Source of the DNA: an uncultured Flavobacteriia bacterium
Lineage (GTDB): Bacteria > Bacteroidota > Bacteroidia > Flavobacteriales_D > Crocinitomicaceae
Length of the DNA stretch: 26,954 nucleotides
Assembly (NCBI GenBank): GCA_903930085.1
Contig: CAIYXD010000181.1
Coordinates: 1 to 26,954, forward strand
Reading direction: 5' to 3'
In this document: positions 25,033 through 26,954 of the stretch, piece after piece
Position numbering within the stretch: the first letter of the stretch is position 1
Layout of the letters: every line of letters begins with the position of its first letter
Notes under the pieces: model-generated
What the model was told of the DNA's origin: nothing
Databases searched by the model: none
What the model saw: the letters and a program-made list of their open reading frames with translations, nothing else
Made by a program: the position numbers and the translations under genes

Positions 25033-26427
25033 CTATTTATTCCCTTGCACCAAATTCCAATCTACCCAAGCATCCATTTGCGCAATTGAATTTGGGCGAA
25101 GAATAATTTCTCGTTGCTGATTTAGCAAATAAAATGTAGGGGTACCAAAAACATAATAATCCTTTACGGGAACACTTTCCCATTTTTTATAATCGCAATA
25201 AACGAAAAACGGATAGGATTTCACGGCTTGCTCAAAAGCATTGGTATCGGTGTCTAAAGAAATATACACAACCTCAACGCCTAGATTTTTCCATTTTGAA
25301 TAGTGTTGAATTAATGGCGGTAATTCATCGGTACATTTTGGGCACCAACTTGCTCCAAAAACCACCAAGGTATAAGGTGTTTGTATTTGGGAAAGTCTAT
25401 TCAACTGATTTTGTTTTGCGCCATTTACATAGCTCTGTTCTTGAAATGCGATATCAGGGGCAATATTTCCTTTTTTCATGGCGCGGTAACTTTCTAGTTG
25501 CCTGGCTAGATTGCCATCTATGGAGCAGCTTGTTTGGTTCAACACTTTTAAAGCCAGATACTCAGATGCTGGAAACAAACTATGTCTTTCTAACAAATCA
25601 AAAAGATAATTTGTTACTTCATTGAGTTTTGTATCGTCTTTGACCAAATTGACCATCATAGCATCAATTGAGTGTTGCATTTCTATAAACACGGATTCCA
25701 AAGGTTTTCCGCTATTTTCAAGTAACCAAAAATGACTTTCGATGGCATCTTTAAATAAACCACTCTTATAAAGGCGCTTGTCGGTATAATCAATTGTTCT
25801 AAAAGCTTGAATGGTGGCCGGTATTTCCTCTGTGCGATGTTGCGCAACAACCGATACGGAACTTACTAATTTGCGCATCGGTAAAAACCAACGGCAGTAG
25901 CTTTCTTTTGGTAAACTGTTCAAAAAAGTAGCATCCTCGTCATTGATGCGTTTTCTTTCTTGTTGAATCGCTTTATTGGGTGCATTTTTCCCTGCAAACA
26001 AAGCCTCTTGTGTATATATTTTCTCTAAATATTCCCAGGCACTCAGGACTTGTTCCCGTTTAGGATGTTCTTTTGCATACTGCTCAAACCATTGGTTTTC
26101 TTGACCTTTTTTTATGTTAATCGTTTCGATAAAGTTCAAGGACTCCCCAATTATTTCCATATTTTCTCCGCTTAGAATTACAAACAACGGTTTACTGTCA
26201 TTTGAAATGAGGTACCCCATCCCATAGTCTGCTGTGGAATAGGTCAATTTGAAATTGCCTTTTTCGTCTATTGTTGACGAAGAAATTGGATAGGTTTTCA
26301 ATCCGCTGAACCCTTCTAGTTGGATGGGCTGATTGCCTAATTGATTTAAATTTCCCGCAATACTTTGCGCATTCAAAAAAGAATTGTATAACAGTGTTAA
26401 TAATAAAGTTGCTATTGTTTTTTTCAT
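25033..26427 (-). CDS. Periplasmic TlpA/AhpC-TSA-like redoxin with large N-terminal domain
   Basis: Sec signal; C-terminal thioredoxin fold GNIAPDI...TLVVFGASWCPKC...VVYISLD...YYVFGTPTFYLLN. Confidence 0.88.
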   Translation of the reverse strand: MKKTIATLLLTLLYNSFLNAQSIAGNLNQLGNQPIQLEGFSGLKTYPISSSTIDEKGNFKLTYSTADYGMGYLISNDSKPLFVILSGENMEIIGESLNFIETINIKKGQENQWFEQYAKEHPKREQVLSAWEYLEKIYTQEALFAGKNAPNKAIQQERKRINDEDATFLNSLPKESYCRWFLPMRKLVSSVSVVAQHRTEEIPATIQAFRTIDYTDKRLYKSGLFKDAIESHFWLLENSGKPLESVFIEMQHSIDAMMVNLVKDDTKLNEVTNYLFDLLERHSLFPASEYLALKVLNQTSCSIDGNLARQLESYRAMKKGNIAPDIAFQEQSYVNGAKQNQLNRLSQIQTPYTLVVFGASWCPKCTDELPPLIQHYSKWKNLGVEVVYISLDTDTNAFEQAVKSYPFFVYCDYKKWESVPVKDYYVFGTPTFYLLNQQREIILRPNSIAQMDAWVDWNLVQGNK

Positions 26428-26802
26428 AATTTACATTTGGTGGATTTCATGATTACTATAGATACTTTCCATTCGTTGTTTGTCATTTTAACGTTTAGAT
26501 CTTTCAAAGGAAAACAATATTTTCAACATGGCTACTGCAATTTTTTCTGAAATAAACACTAAAGTCAATTTACCTTTCTAAACATCACCAATAGGAAAAC
26601 CAACGCTGTTTAAATCTTCTCCCATACTTTTGTCGTATTTTGAACTGACTTTATAATTTTTAACCCTTTACACAAATAATATGCTATTTTGGTTATAACT
26701 CTTATTAAAAAGCCTCTCCTTAAAGAGGATGAAGTATTTATTTCTTTTTGCAGAATCAATTTTCTTTACAGTAGTCATTAGAATACATTTAAAAAACCGA
26801 CC

Positions 26803-26954
26803 GCTTTACTGAAACAAGTTCAGTAAAGCTAAGATATTTGACTTCGCTAATACTAGGCACAGTGTAAAAATTATCAAATCGCTGCGCCAATATCCCTTCG
26901 ACAACCTCAGGGTAAAAATTGTCATTCCTTTAGGCAACGTACGAGGAATCCGTC
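26803..26954. repeat. Cluster of REP-like palindromes
   Basis: Perfect 11-bp IR GCTTTACTGAA-ACAAG-TTCAGTAAAGC (26803-26829); CCCTTCGACAACCTCAGGG (26894-26912); GTCATTCCT...AGGAATC (26921-26950). These resemble REP cores recalled from Bacteroidota genomes. Confidence 0.5.

Noticed and set aside
626-26000. Many 60-200 aa ORFs antisense or out of frame to larger genes (e.g. 1455-1784, 4595-5200, 8952-9143, 14312-14581, 18093-18434, 22069-22452, 23868-24230, 25296-25625)
   Set aside because: All lie within or across well-supported CDSs, have no recognisable motifs and look like shadow ORFs.
1-26954. CRISPR array, tRNA, rRNA or intact IS/integrase
   Set aside because: No regularly spaced repeat-spacer units, cloverleaf or rRNA-like segment, or transposase/recombinase motif was seen on reading.

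Overview
A 27-kb chromosomal window from a Bacteroidota bacterium, probably Flavobacteriales. This rests on a short primary sigma factor lacking region 1.1, TTTG-N21-TAnnTTTG promoters, A-rich leaders without Shine-Dalgarno sites and a T9SS-sorted protein. The left third is mostly housekeeping: a tightly overlapping dapF-hypothetical-GNAT-mltG-glycosylasparaginase operon (the last gene is missing from the ORF track and cut by the window edge), divergent degP-rpoD, and a long-form GAPDH. Next come an ECF sigma/anti-sigma operon led by an unusual secreted protein, ychJ, an orphan HisKA_2-type kinase, phoD convergent with an EptA-like transferase, a T9SS protein and a MutT-type hydrolase. These are followed by a convergent CBS-baeRF3 / BON module, CYTH, SOUL, ltaE with two unknown genes, a TauE transporter, a TlpA-like redoxin and a cluster of REP-like palindromes. 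No rRNA, tRNA, CRISPR array or intact transposase was seen. The three best leads: (1) a self-contained putative hypoxia/dormancy module (Hrp1-like CBS protein, Balon-like aeRF1 homologue, BON protein) bracketed by two near-identical Crp/Fnr boxes; (2) an ECF operon whose first gene looks like a membrane-less soluble half of a DUF2723/TMEM260-type glycosyltransferase; (3) a possible permuted papain-like enzyme inside the dapF-mltG operon. All family assignments come from motif recognition by eye; no database search was run.
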